Shown: positions 8,556-18,830 of the stretch, piece by piece
Layout: each line of letters begins with the position of its first letter
Numbering within the stretch: the first letter of the stretch is position 1
Assembly (NCBI GenBank): GCA_965208675.1
Contig: OZ242351.1
Location: 2,976,001 to 3,040,000 of the forward strand
DNA: 64,000 bases
Direction: 5' to 3'
Origin: Candidatus Poribacteria bacterium
GTDB lineage: Bacteria; Poribacteria; WGA-4E; PCPOR2b
Program-made: the position numbers and the translations under genes
The notes under the pieces: generated by a model
The model's input: the letters and a program-made list of their open reading frames with translations, nothing else
Database searches by the model: none
What the model was told of the DNA's origin: nothing

Positions 8556-11297
8556 ATGAACCCCGAGCAAAAAGCGAGACAGAACATTGACCGAATGCTC
8601 ACGGCCGCGGGATGGGCAATTCAAGATCGGGAGGAGATGAATCTTGGTGAATCGCGGGGTGTTGCAATACGCGAATTCCCCATGGTTTCCGGGACCGCAG
8701 ACTACCTGCTAATTATCGACAGAAAAGCTGCCGGAGCCATTGAAGCCAAACCGGAGGGCACCACTCTCAGCGGTGTCTCTGAACAAACCGAGAAATATCT
8801 CACTGGAATTCCAACGGAACTTCCATATCATCAAAACCCTTTGCCGTTCGGTTATGAGAGCACCGGCGTTGAAACGTTCTTCCGCAACCTACGTGATCCG
8901 GATTCCCGTTCCCGCCGCGTTTTTGCCTTTCACAAACCGGAAACTTTGGCGCAGTGGGTCACCCATCGGGATACGCTGCGAGATCTTCTGAAAGATCTGC
9001 CGCCGCTAGACCAGCATGGCTTACGAAACTGCCAGATTGATGCAATTGTGAATCTGGAGAAATCGTTTGCGGAAAACCGTCCCCGCGCACTCATCCAGAT
9101 GGCGACCGGAAGCGGGAAAACCTACACCGCCGTTAGTTTCGCCTATCGGCTCATCAAATTCGCAGAAGCTAATAGAATACTGTTTCTAGTTGATCGCAGC
9201 AATCTCGGAAGGCAGACGCTCAAGGAATTTCAGCAATATACCACGCCGGACGACGGCAGAAAATTCGCCGAACTTTACAACGTGCAAAATCTCACTGCCA
9301 ACCATATTGATGAGGTGAGCAAAGTCTGCATCACTACAATCCAACGGTTATATTCAATGCTGAACGGGGCATCGGACTTAGATGAGCAAATCGAACGCCG
9401 CTCGATGTTCGACATGATATTGGCGAATCAACCCGCTGCGGACGTGGAATACAATCCCGATATTCCCATCTCGACCTTTGATTTCATCATCACAGACGAG
9501 TGCCATCGCTCAATCTACAACCGATGGAGGCCCGTGCTGGAATACTTCGACGCCTTTATCGTTGGTCTCACCGCCACTCCATCAAAGCAGACACTCGGAT
9601 TCTTCAATCAAAATTTGGTTACGGAATACAGCCACGAGCGAGCGGTCGCGGATGGCGTCAACGTCGGGTATGATGTGTATCGTATCAAGACAGAGATTAC
9701 GGACCAAGGCGGCGGCGTCGAAGCAGGCTTTTACGTTGACAAACGCGACCGGCTCACCCGCGAAACCCGATGGGAACAGCTTGATGAGGATATGGAATAC
9801 AGCGCAACTCAGCTTGACCGCGCTGTCGTAGCGCTCGACCAAATCCGTACCGTGATTCAGACTTTTCGAGATAATCTTTTCACGGAGATTTTCCCCGGCA
9901 GAACCGATGTGCCCAAAACGCTTATCTTCGCTAAGGACGACTCGCATGCAGAGGATATAGTGCACACCGTCCGCGAACAGTTCGGGTTGGGCAATGATTT
10001 CTGCAAAAAGATTACATACCACACAACGGGTGAGAAACCGGAAGACCTGCTCGCCAGTTTCCGAAATTCATACAATCCGCGCATCGCGGTTACGGTGGAC
10101 ATGGTCGCCACCGGCACGGACATCAAACCGCTAGAGTGCATCACCTTCATGCGAAATATCAGATCGGCAGTTTACTTTGAGCAGATGAAAGGCAGAGGGA
10201 CGCGTACGATTTCACCGACGGACTTGCAGGCGGTCACGCCCGACACCAATCACAAAACTCATTTCGTAATTGTTGACGCGATTGGCGTTTGCGAGAATGA
10301 CAAAACCGAGTCCCGACCGCTTGAGCGAAAACGCAGTGTGCCGTTCGACAAGCTGCTCGAATCGGTGGCGCTCGGAATCAGAGATTCCGATACCTTGACG
10401 ACATTGGCGGGTAGGCTCGCACGCCTTGACCGTCAAATTGGTGATAATGCGCAAAGACAGATTACCGAAGCGTCAGGAGGTACCACCTTGGATGGGATGA
10501 TAAACAGGCTGCTTAAGGCTGTAGACCCGGACCAAGATGAAAATCCCTTGATGTCGACAGAATCCGAAACCCCAACACCTGAGTTACTGCGCGAATGGAG
10601 GGAAAAACGCATCACCGATGCGTGCAAACCCTTTGACAATCCTGAATTACGTAACACGCTTATTGACATCAAAAGGCGGCGCGAGCAGACTATCGACAAC
10701 GTGAGTGAAGATAGCCTCATCGAATCAGGATATGACCGTGAGGCAAAGGAGAATGCCGAGCGGATAGTGACGGACTTCAAACAGTTTATCGAAGACAATA
10801 AGGACGAGTTGACAGCGCTCCAAATCATCTACAGTAAGCCCTACGGACAGCGGTACCTGACATATCGGCAGGTTAAGCAACTTGCAGATGCCGTCAAAAA
10901 CCCGCCCCATAATCTCACAACCGTGAGGTTATGGCAGGCGTATGAGCAGTTGGACCGTTCGACAGTCAAAGGAGCGAGACCGGACAAGCTATTGACCGAC
11001 ATTATATCCTTGGTGCGTTTTGCGATTGGGGAGGCGGAAACGCTCGAACCTTACAAAGATAGTGTCGATCGGAGATTTCAGGAATGGCTTAACAAGCAGG
11101 AAAGACTGTATTCAGAGGAACAGATGGCGTGGTTGAAGATGATAAAAGACCATATCGCTACGTCGCTAGACATTCAACTGGAAGACTTCGAGGAAATACC
11201 GTTTAAAGTAAAGGGCGGGGCAATTAAGGCGCATCAATTGTTTGGCGATACGTTGGGAACAATCCTTGCGGTGATGAATGAGCAGTTGGCGGCGTAA
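8556..11297 (+). CDS. hsdR: Type I restriction enzyme R subunit (EcoEI-like)
   Basis: ADYLL...AIEAK nuclease motif, MATGSGKT, DECHRS, GLTATP, QMKGRGTR, EcoEI-R C-terminal region; start at MNPEQKAR after AGAGGA. Confidence 0.92.
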   Translation: MNPEQKARQNIDRMLTAAGWAIQDREEMNLGESRGVAIREFPMVSGTADYLLIIDRKAAGAIEAKPEGTTLSGVSEQTEKYLTGIPTELPYHQNPLPFGYESTGVETFFRNLRDPDSRSRRVFAFHKPETLAQWVTHRDTLRDLLKDLPPLDQHGLRNCQIDAIVNLEKSFAENRPRALIQMATGSGKTYTAVSFAYRLIKFAEANRILFLVDRSNLGRQTLKEFQQYTTPDDGRKFAELYNVQNLTANHIDEVSKVCITTIQRLYSMLNGASDLDEQIERRSMFDMILANQPAADVEYNPDIPISTFDFIITDECHRSIYNRWRPVLEYFDAFIVGLTATPSKQTLGFFNQNLVTEYSHERAVADGVNVGYDVYRIKTEITDQGGGVEAGFYVDKRDRLTRETRWEQLDEDMEYSATQLDRAVVALDQIRTVIQTFRDNLFTEIFPGRTDVPKTLIFAKDDSHAEDIVHTVREQFGLGNDFCKKITYHTTGEKPEDLLASFRNSYNPRIAVTVDMVATGTDIKPLECITFMRNIRSAVYFEQMKGRGTRTISPTDLQAVTPDTNHKTHFVIVDAIGVCENDKTESRPLERKRSVPFDKLLESVALGIRDSDTLTTLAGRLARLDRQIGDNAQRQITEASGGTTLDGMINRLLKAVDPDQDENPLMSTESETPTPELLREWREKRITDACKPFDNPELRNTLIDIKRRREQTIDNVSEDSLIESGYDREAKENAERIVTDFKQFIEDNKDELTALQIIYSKPYGQRYLTYRQVKQLADAVKNPPHNLTTVRLWQAYEQLDRSTVKGARPDKLLTDIISLVRFAIGEAETLEPYKDSVDRRFQEWLNKQERLYSEEQMAWLKMIKDHIATSLDIQLEDFEEIPFKVKGGAIKAHQLFGDTLGTILAVMNEQLAA

Positions 11298-11424
11298 GTG
11301 TAAGTTAGGTTGTTCAATCCAATAACATCTTTGTAACTCTCAAATGCATTAACATATACTCTCAAAAACGTTAATAACTCAATGTCTTATTAACGTAAAC
11401 CCGCAAAAACGTTAATAACGCGCA

Positions 11425-11461
11425 GAAAAGCCCTGCCGGCTAAATCCAATAGGGCTTTTTC
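11425..11461. terminator. Possible bidirectional intrinsic terminator between convergent genes
   Basis: AGAAAAGCCCT...AGGGCTTTTTCT inverted repeat with T tracts. Confidence 0.5.
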
Positions 11462-11509
11462 TATTATGAAATTTCATCATCAATCCGATGGCGCCGTTAT
11501 TGCCTGCGA

Positions 11510-11800
11510 TCAGATTTGTGAGCCGTGAAGCAACGGAGACACAGTTGATTCGATTGGAGGCACCGGTGCTCCAGAGTCTGGGAACAGCCATGGTTGCTCT
11601 GCCTCATCCGTGATGTCTTCAACGGATGGTTCGTCGAACGGCGTCGCTGGGCTCGTCCAGAACTCCATCCTTTGTACGCACCGATTAACGCTGATGCGAT
11701 CGTAAATTCGGACGCGGCGTTCATGGGCGAGTGTTTCTTGAGCGAACACTTCGCGCATCAATCGTATGAGTCTGTCAGTAGAAATGTCGGCTTGCATCAT
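11510..11800 (-). CDS. Small hypothetical protein coupled to the dnaN paralog
   Basis: Start overlaps the upstream stop codon (ATGA); 96 aa. Confidence 0.55.
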   Translation of the reverse strand: MMQADISTDRLIRLMREVFAQETLAHERRVRIYDRISVNRCVQRMEFWTSPATPFDEPSVEDITDEAEQPWLFPDSGAPVPPIESTVSPLLHGSQI

Positions 11801-12918
11801 TTCATGGGCATTACAACGTATTGAAAGTTTTGCGCCAATTCAAGGCGCATTGAATCAGTCGGTTCCGGACGCATCCAGAATATAACTTCGGCGGCATCGG
11901 TGTGCATTAACCCGTCTTCAATGAAACTGGCATCGAATCCTGCCGCAGTACCTTGCCCCTCATACTGAATCGGCACACAAGCTTTCGAATTTCCCCAGCG
12001 CGTACTATTTTCAACAGTCAACTGTCCATCACGAATGCAAAACTCCGTACGGTTGTGGGGGTGGTCGTCACCTATGCGGATGGCTCTGAGTGCCCACAGC
12101 AACTCTTGACGACTCAACCTGATTTCCAAGCGGGCGCTGTTCGCTTTTTCAAGAACCCACTTATAATCCGCGAAATCCTCTTTCGGCAAGAGACACTTTA
12201 ATGAAACCCCCTTAGCCTCAAAACCCACGGCGCTCTCAGTGAAGCGGAGGCGGCAGACGTTCGGATTTAAGGATTCTATCAAATCAATCATCTTCATGCA
12301 AGCGGCATAAGGCATTGCCCGCATCGGAATAGAGGTTCCCGCTTGGGCTGGTTTATTCATTGATGGAAAGCTAATCACTGCCATCCGTCTGCCATCGGTC
12401 GTCACAATTCGATCTTCGCCGTCATGTCGATGAAAGAGCGCTCCCGTAACAGAGGGACGCCGTTTTGCCTCGTCCGAGTCCGATGGCTGTACCGACGCGA
12501 ACAGAACGGATTTCAGAGCCGCGCCAAACTGCGGTGCTTGCACTTCATGGTCGGGCGCGTCGGTAAGCGCTTCAAGTTCGGGATTCTGCCACTTCTCCGC
12601 ATGCGTACGCACGGCATGCCGATGTTGATTGCCATCAACTTCCAAACACCCATGCCATTTGTGGTGACTGAAACGCAGTGTTTCACCAACCGCGTGGTTG
12701 CAGATTCGCGACAGCGCGTCCGGGGGAACGGTTGCCTTTCCGGTGGCTTCGACCTCCGCTGGAATCGCATAATCTACACGGAAATTCCCGTCGTCGGTGT
12801 AGCATCTAAACTGTAGTTGCGCAGTTTGAATCGTAATCGACAAGTGTGTCCCCGGTTCGTCGAGTTTCAATAGGGTTAAGGCGCGCGTCAGCGCAGCCAC
12901 ATCACAAGTGAATTTCAT
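11797..12918 (-). CDS. dnaN: DNA polymerase III beta-subunit (sliding clamp) paralog, divergent
   Basis: 373 aa from MKFTCD after RBS GGGGAGG; VTTDGRRMA, FADYKWVL, GFDASFIED, FQYVVMPMK are beta-clamp signature motifs. Confidence 0.85.
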   Translation of the reverse strand: MKFTCDVAALTRALTLLKLDEPGTHLSITIQTAQLQFRCYTDDGNFRVDYAIPAEVEATGKATVPPDALSRICNHAVGETLRFSHHKWHGCLEVDGNQHRHAVRTHAEKWQNPELEALTDAPDHEVQAPQFGAALKSVLFASVQPSDSDEAKRRPSVTGALFHRHDGEDRIVTTDGRRMAVISFPSMNKPAQAGTSIPMRAMPYAACMKMIDLIESLNPNVCRLRFTESAVGFEAKGVSLKCLLPKEDFADYKWVLEKANSARLEIRLSRQELLWALRAIRIGDDHPHNRTEFCIRDGQLTVENSTRWGNSKACVPIQYEGQGTAAGFDASFIEDGLMHTDAAEVIFWMRPEPTDSMRLELAQNFQYVVMPMK

Positions 12919-13003
12919 CGGTTCCTCCCCACCCGCAAGGAGTGCATTGAGAAATGTCCTTCCCAATTGATGCCTACTTGGGTGTGTTTTTCTGAGTCTG
13001 GAA

Positions 13004-13561
13004 TTAGAACAGGTCTTCGATTGATATTTCTCTCTGTTTGAGCAGCCGCAACACCTCATCGCGCAAGGCGTTGCGTGCGCGTTGCCGAAGTGATTTAACA
13101 GCGATTTCGCTCCGTTGAACAATCTTTGCAATCTCTCGGTTCGGCATATTTTCCAATTCGCCCAACACCAGCACCGTGCGGTCGATAGGTCGTAGTTGAA
13201 GTAAGGCGGCTTGCAAATACTCCCTGCTTTCAGCGTTAATCAACCGTTTGAGCGACGATTCCGTCGAATCCAGCGAGAAAGACAACGACTGAGTCAATTC
13301 ATGCGTAATTGGATAATCGAATGAAATCGCCGGGCGTTGTTGGCGCTGGCGTAAAAGGTCGATACACCCATTGTACGCGATGCGGAACAGCCACGAACGC
13401 ACCGCCGCCGGGTCAAGTAACTCAGTCCAGCCCTGATACGCTCGGAGAAATGTCTCGGCGGTCATGTCCTCGGCATCTGTTGGGTTCCCCAGTAGCCGAA
13501 GAACAAACCGGTAGATAGCGTCAACATTCGATTCATATACCTCGATGAATGTCTCATCCAC
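13004..13561 (-). CDS. ECF-family RNA polymerase sigma factor
   Basis: DAEDMTAETFLRAY, SWLFRIAYNGCIDLLR (region 2); EIAKIV...VKSLRQRARNAL (region 4). Confidence 0.92.
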   Translation of the reverse strand: MDETFIEVYESNVDAIYRFVLRLLGNPTDAEDMTAETFLRAYQGWTELLDPAAVRSWLFRIAYNGCIDLLRQRQQRPAISFDYPITHELTQSLSFSLDSTESSLKRLINAESREYLQAALLQLRPIDRTVLVLGELENMPNREIAKIVQRSEIAVKSLRQRARNALRDEVLRLLKQREISIEDLF

Positions 13562-13737
13562 AAATGGTAAACCTCGTTGGCTTCGCGTTTTTCAAACCTA
13601 TATGACGGAATATCCCTGTCAAGGCATCGAAAAATCTGCGCCACCCAATTCCTCGGAAATACGGTTGATTGACCGATATAGATGCGATATACTGTTCGAA
13701 CGTAGTTTCTGATGAAGATTCGCGGAGATCTGCTACT

Positions 13738-14544
13738 ATGATAAAATTAGGAACGATGTCTTTGAATCTCAGGGATACAACCGCTAATGACTTTGCGCGG
13801 ATTATTTACGACCTCGGTTTCGACGTCGTTGAATTGCATACAAGCGCATTTGAGTCAACTGATTTCAGATATCTTCGTGACCTCAAGATGACGTTGATGA
13901 AACTAGGGCTGCCGCTGGGATATATCGGGATTAGCAACGATTTCGGGCGTCCCGTTGATGAACACCCAGAGCAAATTGCGGCAATTAAAAAGTGGATTGA
14001 TGTCGCAAATTTCATGAGTTGCCCGCTCGTCCGAGTCTTCGGTGCGTATGTCCCTGACGAGTACGGCGATGAAGAAGCGCTTTGGGCGCCGATGATCGCC
14101 GGATTCCAGGAAGTCGCCGAATACGGATATGAAAAGGGTGTCCTAGTCGGTTTACAGAACCACAATCACAACAACCTCACCCGCACCGGCGACGATGTGC
14201 TTCGCGCCCTTCGAGAGACAAATCGGCCCTATTTTACACATATCTTAGACACCGGACAATATGCTGGATCGCCCGGCGCCAGCGGTCACCGGGGGTCGTC
14301 TCATCCCGGTTATGATTGCTATGATAGCATCGCGAAAACCGCGCCGCACGCCGTGTATGTCCGCGCGAAGTTTTATCGTATTGACAGCGGCATTGAGGAG
14401 TGGCTGGATTACCCGCGGATTCTTGAAATTCTATGCCAAGTGGGTTATAATGGACCCGTCTCCGTCGTCTACGAAGGCGAATCCGATCCGATTGAATCCA
14501 TGCGAAAAGCCGGCGAATATTTACGGTCGCTTATCAATTCATGA
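13738..14544 (+). CDS. Sugar phosphate isomerase/epimerase (xylose isomerase-like TIM barrel)
   Basis: LVRVFG, GLQNH, ILDTG, LDYPRIL...GYNGPVSVVYEG. Confidence 0.85.
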   Translation: MIKLGTMSLNLRDTTANDFARIIYDLGFDVVELHTSAFESTDFRYLRDLKMTLMKLGLPLGYIGISNDFGRPVDEHPEQIAAIKKWIDVANFMSCPLVRVFGAYVPDEYGDEEALWAPMIAGFQEVAEYGYEKGVLVGLQNHNHNNLTRTGDDVLRALRETNRPYFTHILDTGQYAGSPGASGHRGSSHPGYDCYDSIAKTAPHAVYVRAKFYRIDSGIEEWLDYPRILEILCQVGYNGPVSVVYEGESDPIESMRKAGEYLRSLINS

Positions 14545-14623
14545 TAACCGCTACATAACTCGATTTGCGCAATACCCATAACATAATAACGGACGGGAAA
14601 TACTAGAGAAGGCCAGTTCGGCA

Positions 14624-14969
14624 ATGACGATCCAATCGTGTAACATAAAACATAGTTCACCATGGACAGAACACAAGAGCCGCTTGCCTTCACCGCATCC
14701 AGCTTCTTCCGCTTCCCACTGGAACAAGCAGAGTTTGTCGTGGATCGGGTCTCCAATCCCGGCGACTGGATTCTTGACCCATTCTGTGGATTTGGAACTA
14801 CGTTGGTGGCTGCTCAGCACCTTGGACGTCAAGCGATTGGATTCGAGAAAGACTTGCAACGTTTCGCTTTTGCCGCCAAGCGGTTGCTCCATCCAAGTCG
14901 TGTTTTTCCTGATGACAGCCGGCATATCCTAAGAGTTTGAACTGCTGTCGTTTGATTTACTGTTCACAG
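14624..14969 (+). pseudogene. Truncated, frameshifted site-specific DNA methyltransferase
   Basis: SNPGDWILDPFCGFGTTLVAAQHLGRQAIGFEKD SAM-binding motif. Continues out of frame as FDLLFT and breaks before the expected SPPY. Confidence 0.7.
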
Positions 14970-14970
14970 A

Positions 14971-15048
14971 CCCGACGAATTGGCGGAAGAGATTGCCGCA
15001 AATCTAACAGCGGCGTTGGAACAGTTTCAGGACATCTGTGAAGCGTGA
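14971..15048 (+). pseudogene. 3'-terminal remnant of type I hsdM
   Basis: Manual translation PDELAEEIAANLTAALEQFQDICEA* resembles the C-terminal helix of EcoEI-type HsdM. Confidence 0.6.
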
Positions 15049-15313
15049 ACGAGCGTTCGCCCATATCTGACAGCGAGATTGCATCTTTCCCATTAGAAAA
15101 TTCCCCCCTAGCACCTTTTTCCCTTCATGAATCCGCTCTTCATATTCGCCAAATCCGATGTAAAGCGTCTGATAATCGCTCCGCGCCGTGGAAAATTTAT
15201 TGACATAGGCGAGAAATGCGGGTAAATTATAGAGTAACAATAGGGCTCATTTCTCCCTCACATCGTCTTGAACAGAAAACCGAAATTTAATACTGAAACC
15301 GGAGGGTTTTATC

Positions 15314-16162
15314 ATGGCAGATTACGCCCAACCTGAAGTCTTGGTCAGCACCGATTGGGTTGCGCAGCACCATAGTGACCCAGGCATCAGGCTGCTCGAA
15401 GTCGATGTCGACACCGACGCCTACGGCGAAGGACATATCAAAGGTGCAGTCGGACTCAACTGGCAGACCCAACTCTGCGATCAAGTACGGCGGGATATCC
15501 TAACCAAAGACCAATTTGAACAACTCTGCAGCGATTGCGGTATCAGCAACGGTACCACCATTATCTTTTATGGCGATAATAACAATTGGTTCGCCACCTA
15601 CGCGCTCTGGCAGTTCCGATATTACGGACACGATGAGAGCAGGCTAAAGGTGATGAACGGTGGACGCACAAAATGGATTGATGAAGGGCGCGAGTTGATA
15701 ACGGACGTGCCTGCACCGTCCGCCACAGATTACAAGGCTAAGTTCCCCGACGACAATGTGCGTGCGACGAAGGACAACATTCTCCCAACGCTGAATCAGG
15801 GAGTTATCAATCTTGTTGATGTCCGCTCTCCCGCAGAGTTCACCGGCGAAATCCTCGCACCGCCCGGTTTATCTGAAACCGCCCAGCGCGGCGGGCATAT
15901 TCCCGGTGCAGCCAATATCCCGTGGGCAACTGCAGTGGCTGAAGATGGAACATTCAAATCCTACGATGAGCTAGAGGCAATCTACGGAGGCGAAGGCGTT
16001 GACCCTAGCAAGGAAACCATTGCCTACTGCCGCATCGGAGAACGCTCCTCGCACACTTGGTTCGCACTCAAGTATCTGCTAGGTTACGAAAAAGTGCGCA
16101 ACTACGATGGCAGTTGGACAGAATGGGGCAACCTGATTGGCGCACCGATCGCCAAGGAGTAG
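15314..16162 (+). CDS. Thiosulfate sulfurtransferase (two-domain rhodanese, CysA/SseA type)
   Basis: LVSTDWV, GHIPGA, YCRIGERS, NYDGSWTEW. Confidence 0.93.
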   Translation: MADYAQPEVLVSTDWVAQHHSDPGIRLLEVDVDTDAYGEGHIKGAVGLNWQTQLCDQVRRDILTKDQFEQLCSDCGISNGTTIIFYGDNNNWFATYALWQFRYYGHDESRLKVMNGGRTKWIDEGRELITDVPAPSATDYKAKFPDDNVRATKDNILPTLNQGVINLVDVRSPAEFTGEILAPPGLSETAQRGGHIPGAANIPWATAVAEDGTFKSYDELEAIYGGEGVDPSKETIAYCRIGERSSHTWFALKYLLGYEKVRNYDGSWTEWGNLIGAPIAKE

Positions 16163-16234
16163 TGGTTACGCGGCGCCGCAATCGGCGTTCGGGGCGTCGC
16201 CAAACCTTTCGTAGGATTGATGCGGGAGTTTTAG

Positions 16235-16522
16235 ATGGCTAAGTTTGTTTCGGTCCACATTATCGCCTGCATGACCCGCCAAGATGTGGAGCGTTTACTT
16301 GCGCGGTTTGCAACCGAGGAAAGCGACGGCGTAAAGAATCTGCGAGTGCAGTGTGATACCTTGTCCGGCCGGATGGTCTGCGAATGGGAGGCGCCGGACC
16401 GAGACACGCTCGTAAAGTGGCTTAAAAAGTGCGATGTGCGATTCCGCGGCAAAAGCGAGTGGCTAATGCGCGTACAGCTTGAGTCCGTGGCGGGCAAGGT
16501 TGTAACGCTCACGGGCGCGTAG
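16235..16522 (+). CDS. Small DUF4242-like protein
   Basis: 'GRMVCEWEAPDRDTL' motif; operonic position. Confidence 0.55.
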   Translation: MAKFVSVHIIACMTRQDVERLLARFATEESDGVKNLRVQCDTLSGRMVCEWEAPDRDTLVKWLKKCDVRFRGKSEWLMRVQLESVAGKVVTLTGA

Positions 16523-16551
16523 TAGCCACTATCTTATGTAGTATTCTTATC

Positions 16552-17403
16552 ATGCATCATCTGACACGCCAAGTTGCCTTTGAGGCATCACACTATTATC
16601 GCGTCCCCGAACTTAGCCAAGCCGAAAACGTCGCGCTCTTCGGCGCCGCCGCAAACGCCAACAGCCACGGACACAACTATGTGCTTGAAGTAACCGTAAA
16701 AGGAGAGGTTGAGCCCGAACATGGAATGGTTGTCAATATCGCGAATCTAGATGCGCTCCTCAAACAGCGTGTCGTTGTGGACTATGATCACAAGCTGATT
16801 AACCAACAACATCCCGTCTTCGCAAACAATCCCGAACTGCAACCGACATGCGAAAATCTGGCGATACAGATGTGGCATTCGATCGAACAGCATCTGAAAG
16901 ACGCAGCTTTGCACCGCGTCCGCTTACATGAGGATTCGACCGCGTTCGCTGACTATCATGGAGAAGGATACATGGTTTTTCAAACCAAAGTCTATGAATT
17001 TAGCGCATCACATCGCTTACACAGCCAAGAACTTGGCGATGCGGAAAACCGGCGAATCTTCGGAAAATGCAATAATCCTCACGGGCACGGGCACAACTAC
17101 GTGTTAGAGGTCATGATTAAAGGCGAGGTGAATCCAAGAACAGGGCTGGTCACAGATTTGGGATTTCTTGATAGGATTATTGAGGAGCAGATTTTCGCCC
17201 GGTTTGATTTCAAACATCTCAACTTAGACACGCCTGAATTTGAGAAAATAAACCCAACTTCTGAAAATTTTGTGAAAGTGCTTTGGGGTATTCTTGATCC
17301 CCATCTAAAGCCGGTCAAACTCTATCGGCTTCGATTAAGAGAGACGCCTAGGAGCTATTTTGACTATTACGGAGAGCAAAGTTTAACCGATGAAAATTCC
17401 TGA
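16552..17403 (+). CDS. Tandem-domain 6-pyruvoyl/6-carboxy-tetrahydropterin synthase (PTPS/QueD family)
   Basis: Two repeats of FxASH...HGHNY...PTxEN; second domain has [12 protein letters not shown]. Confidence 0.9.
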   Translation: MHHLTRQVAFEASHYYRVPELSQAENVALFGAAANANSHGHNYVLEVTVKGEVEPEHGMVVNIANLDALLKQRVVVDYDHKLINQQHPVFANNPELQPTCENLAIQMWHSIEQHLKDAALHRVRLHEDSTAFADYHGEGYMVFQTKVYEFSASHRLHSQELGDAENRRIFGKCNNPHGHGHNYVLEVMIKGEVNPRTGLVTDLGFLDRIIEEQIFARFDFKHLNLDTPEFEKINPTSENFVKVLWGILDPHLKPVKLYRLRLRETPRSYFDYYGEQSLTDENS

Positions 17404-17992
17404 AGCAGAGTCCTCTGAGGTCACTACAATCACTCCAAACCCAAATCTTGAGCAAATCTACGCGCAATTGCTAAGTCACATTGGCGAAGACCCTGCGCGG
17501 CAAGGGCTGCAAAAAACCCCCCAGCGTGCATCGGAGGCGTTTCAATTCTTGACACAAGGGTATAACCAAACCATTGACGAAGTGCTGAACGATGCAATCT
17601 TTGACGAAGAATATGACGAGATGGTCATCGTCAAGAATATCGAATTTTATAGCGCCTGCGAACATCACTTACTTCCGTTTCTTGGTAAGTGTCATGTTGG
17701 CTACATTCCCCAAAAAAAGATTATTGGTCTCAGCAAAATCCCTCGCATCGTAGATATGTTCTCCCGCAGGCTTCAGGTTCAAGAAAGGCTGACTCGACAG
17801 GTTGCGTTAGCGATAGAAGAAGCGCTCAATCCCCTCGGGGTAGGTGTCGTCATAGAGGCTCAACATATGTGCGTGATGTGCCGTGGTGTACAAAAGCAAC
17901 ACCCGATAATGATGACCAACGTGATGCTAGGCGCCTTCCGAGACGAAGATTCAACGCGCGCTGAGTTCATGCGATGTATTCAGACCGCATAA
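17390..17992 (+). CDS. folE: GTP cyclohydrolase I
   Basis: [32 protein letters not shown]. Confidence 0.95.
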   Translation: MKIPEAESSEVTTITPNPNLEQIYAQLLSHIGEDPARQGLQKTPQRASEAFQFLTQGYNQTIDEVLNDAIFDEEYDEMVIVKNIEFYSACEHHLLPFLGKCHVGYIPQKKIIGLSKIPRIVDMFSRRLQVQERLTRQVALAIEEALNPLGVGVVIEAQHMCVMCRGVQKQHPIMMTNVMLGAFRDEDSTRAEFMRCIQTA

Positions 17993-18039
17993 ACTCTAGT
18001 CTTTAACGTTCAGATTAAGAGGCGAATACAGTCAATTAA

Positions 18040-18753
18040 ATGTTAAAAAATAAAGTTGCGGTAATTACCGGCGCCTCGCGCGGTGTCGGCGAAGCCATAG
18101 CTCTCGCTTTTGCGCGTGCTGGCGCAAAGGTCGTTCTTGCCGCACGCACAAAACAAGATTTGGATGCTGTCGCAAACCGAATCCATACAGAAGGTGGAAT
18201 TGCGCACGTTATACCAACTGATGTAATGCATTCCGATGACGTGGCGAACCTGATTCAGCGTACGTTGGAGACCCATCATCAGATTGACATTCTCGTAAAC
18301 AATGCAGGAATCGGCAGCTTTGGCTTCGTGGCTGATTTTGAAGAGGCGGAATGGAGCACGGTGATGGATTCAAATCTCAAGAGCGTGTTTCTCTGCTCAA
18401 AATTTGCGCTCCCAACCATGCTTGAGCGCCAGTCTGGGCAGATTATCAACGTGCTTTCGATTGCCGCGAAAGTGCCGTTCAAAGCATCAAGCGCCTATTG
18501 TGCGGCAAAGGCAGGGGCGCTTGCGTTCACAAAAGTCTTATCGGAAGAAGTTAGGGATAAGAATATCCGAGTCACTGCGGTCGCCCCGGGGGCAATCCAT
18601 ACGGCATTCTGGGACACAATCGAAGAACACCCTGATTTTAATCTGATGTTAAATCCGGAGCATGTCGCCGAGACAATCCTCTTTGTGGCTGCTCAACCGC
18701 TTGACATGGTACTCGATGAAATCGTCGTCACGCCGCCGCGCGGAATCTTATGA
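18040..18753 (+). CDS. Short-chain dehydrogenase/reductase (candidate sepiapterin reductase-like)
   Basis: TGASRGVG, NNAG, YCAAK motifs; follows folE and PTPS. Confidence 0.85.
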   Translation: MLKNKVAVITGASRGVGEAIALAFARAGAKVVLAARTKQDLDAVANRIHTEGGIAHVIPTDVMHSDDVANLIQRTLETHHQIDILVNNAGIGSFGFVADFEEAEWSTVMDSNLKSVFLCSKFALPTMLERQSGQIINVLSIAAKVPFKASSAYCAAKAGALAFTKVLSEEVRDKNIRVTAVAPGAIHTAFWDTIEEHPDFNLMLNPEHVAETILFVAAQPLDMVLDEIVVTPPRGIL

Positions 18754-18830
18754 CGAGACGAACTCAAGAAAAGGAGTTGGGAAAATGCGTAAAGTTGGGC
18801 GGCCAGATGCGTTAGCAAACCTTACACGTT

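Noticed and set aside
12919-13131. N-terminal extension of the dnaN ORF as an anti-sigma fusion
   Set aside because: It overlaps the sigma gene, and a strong RBS precedes MKFTCD at 12918.
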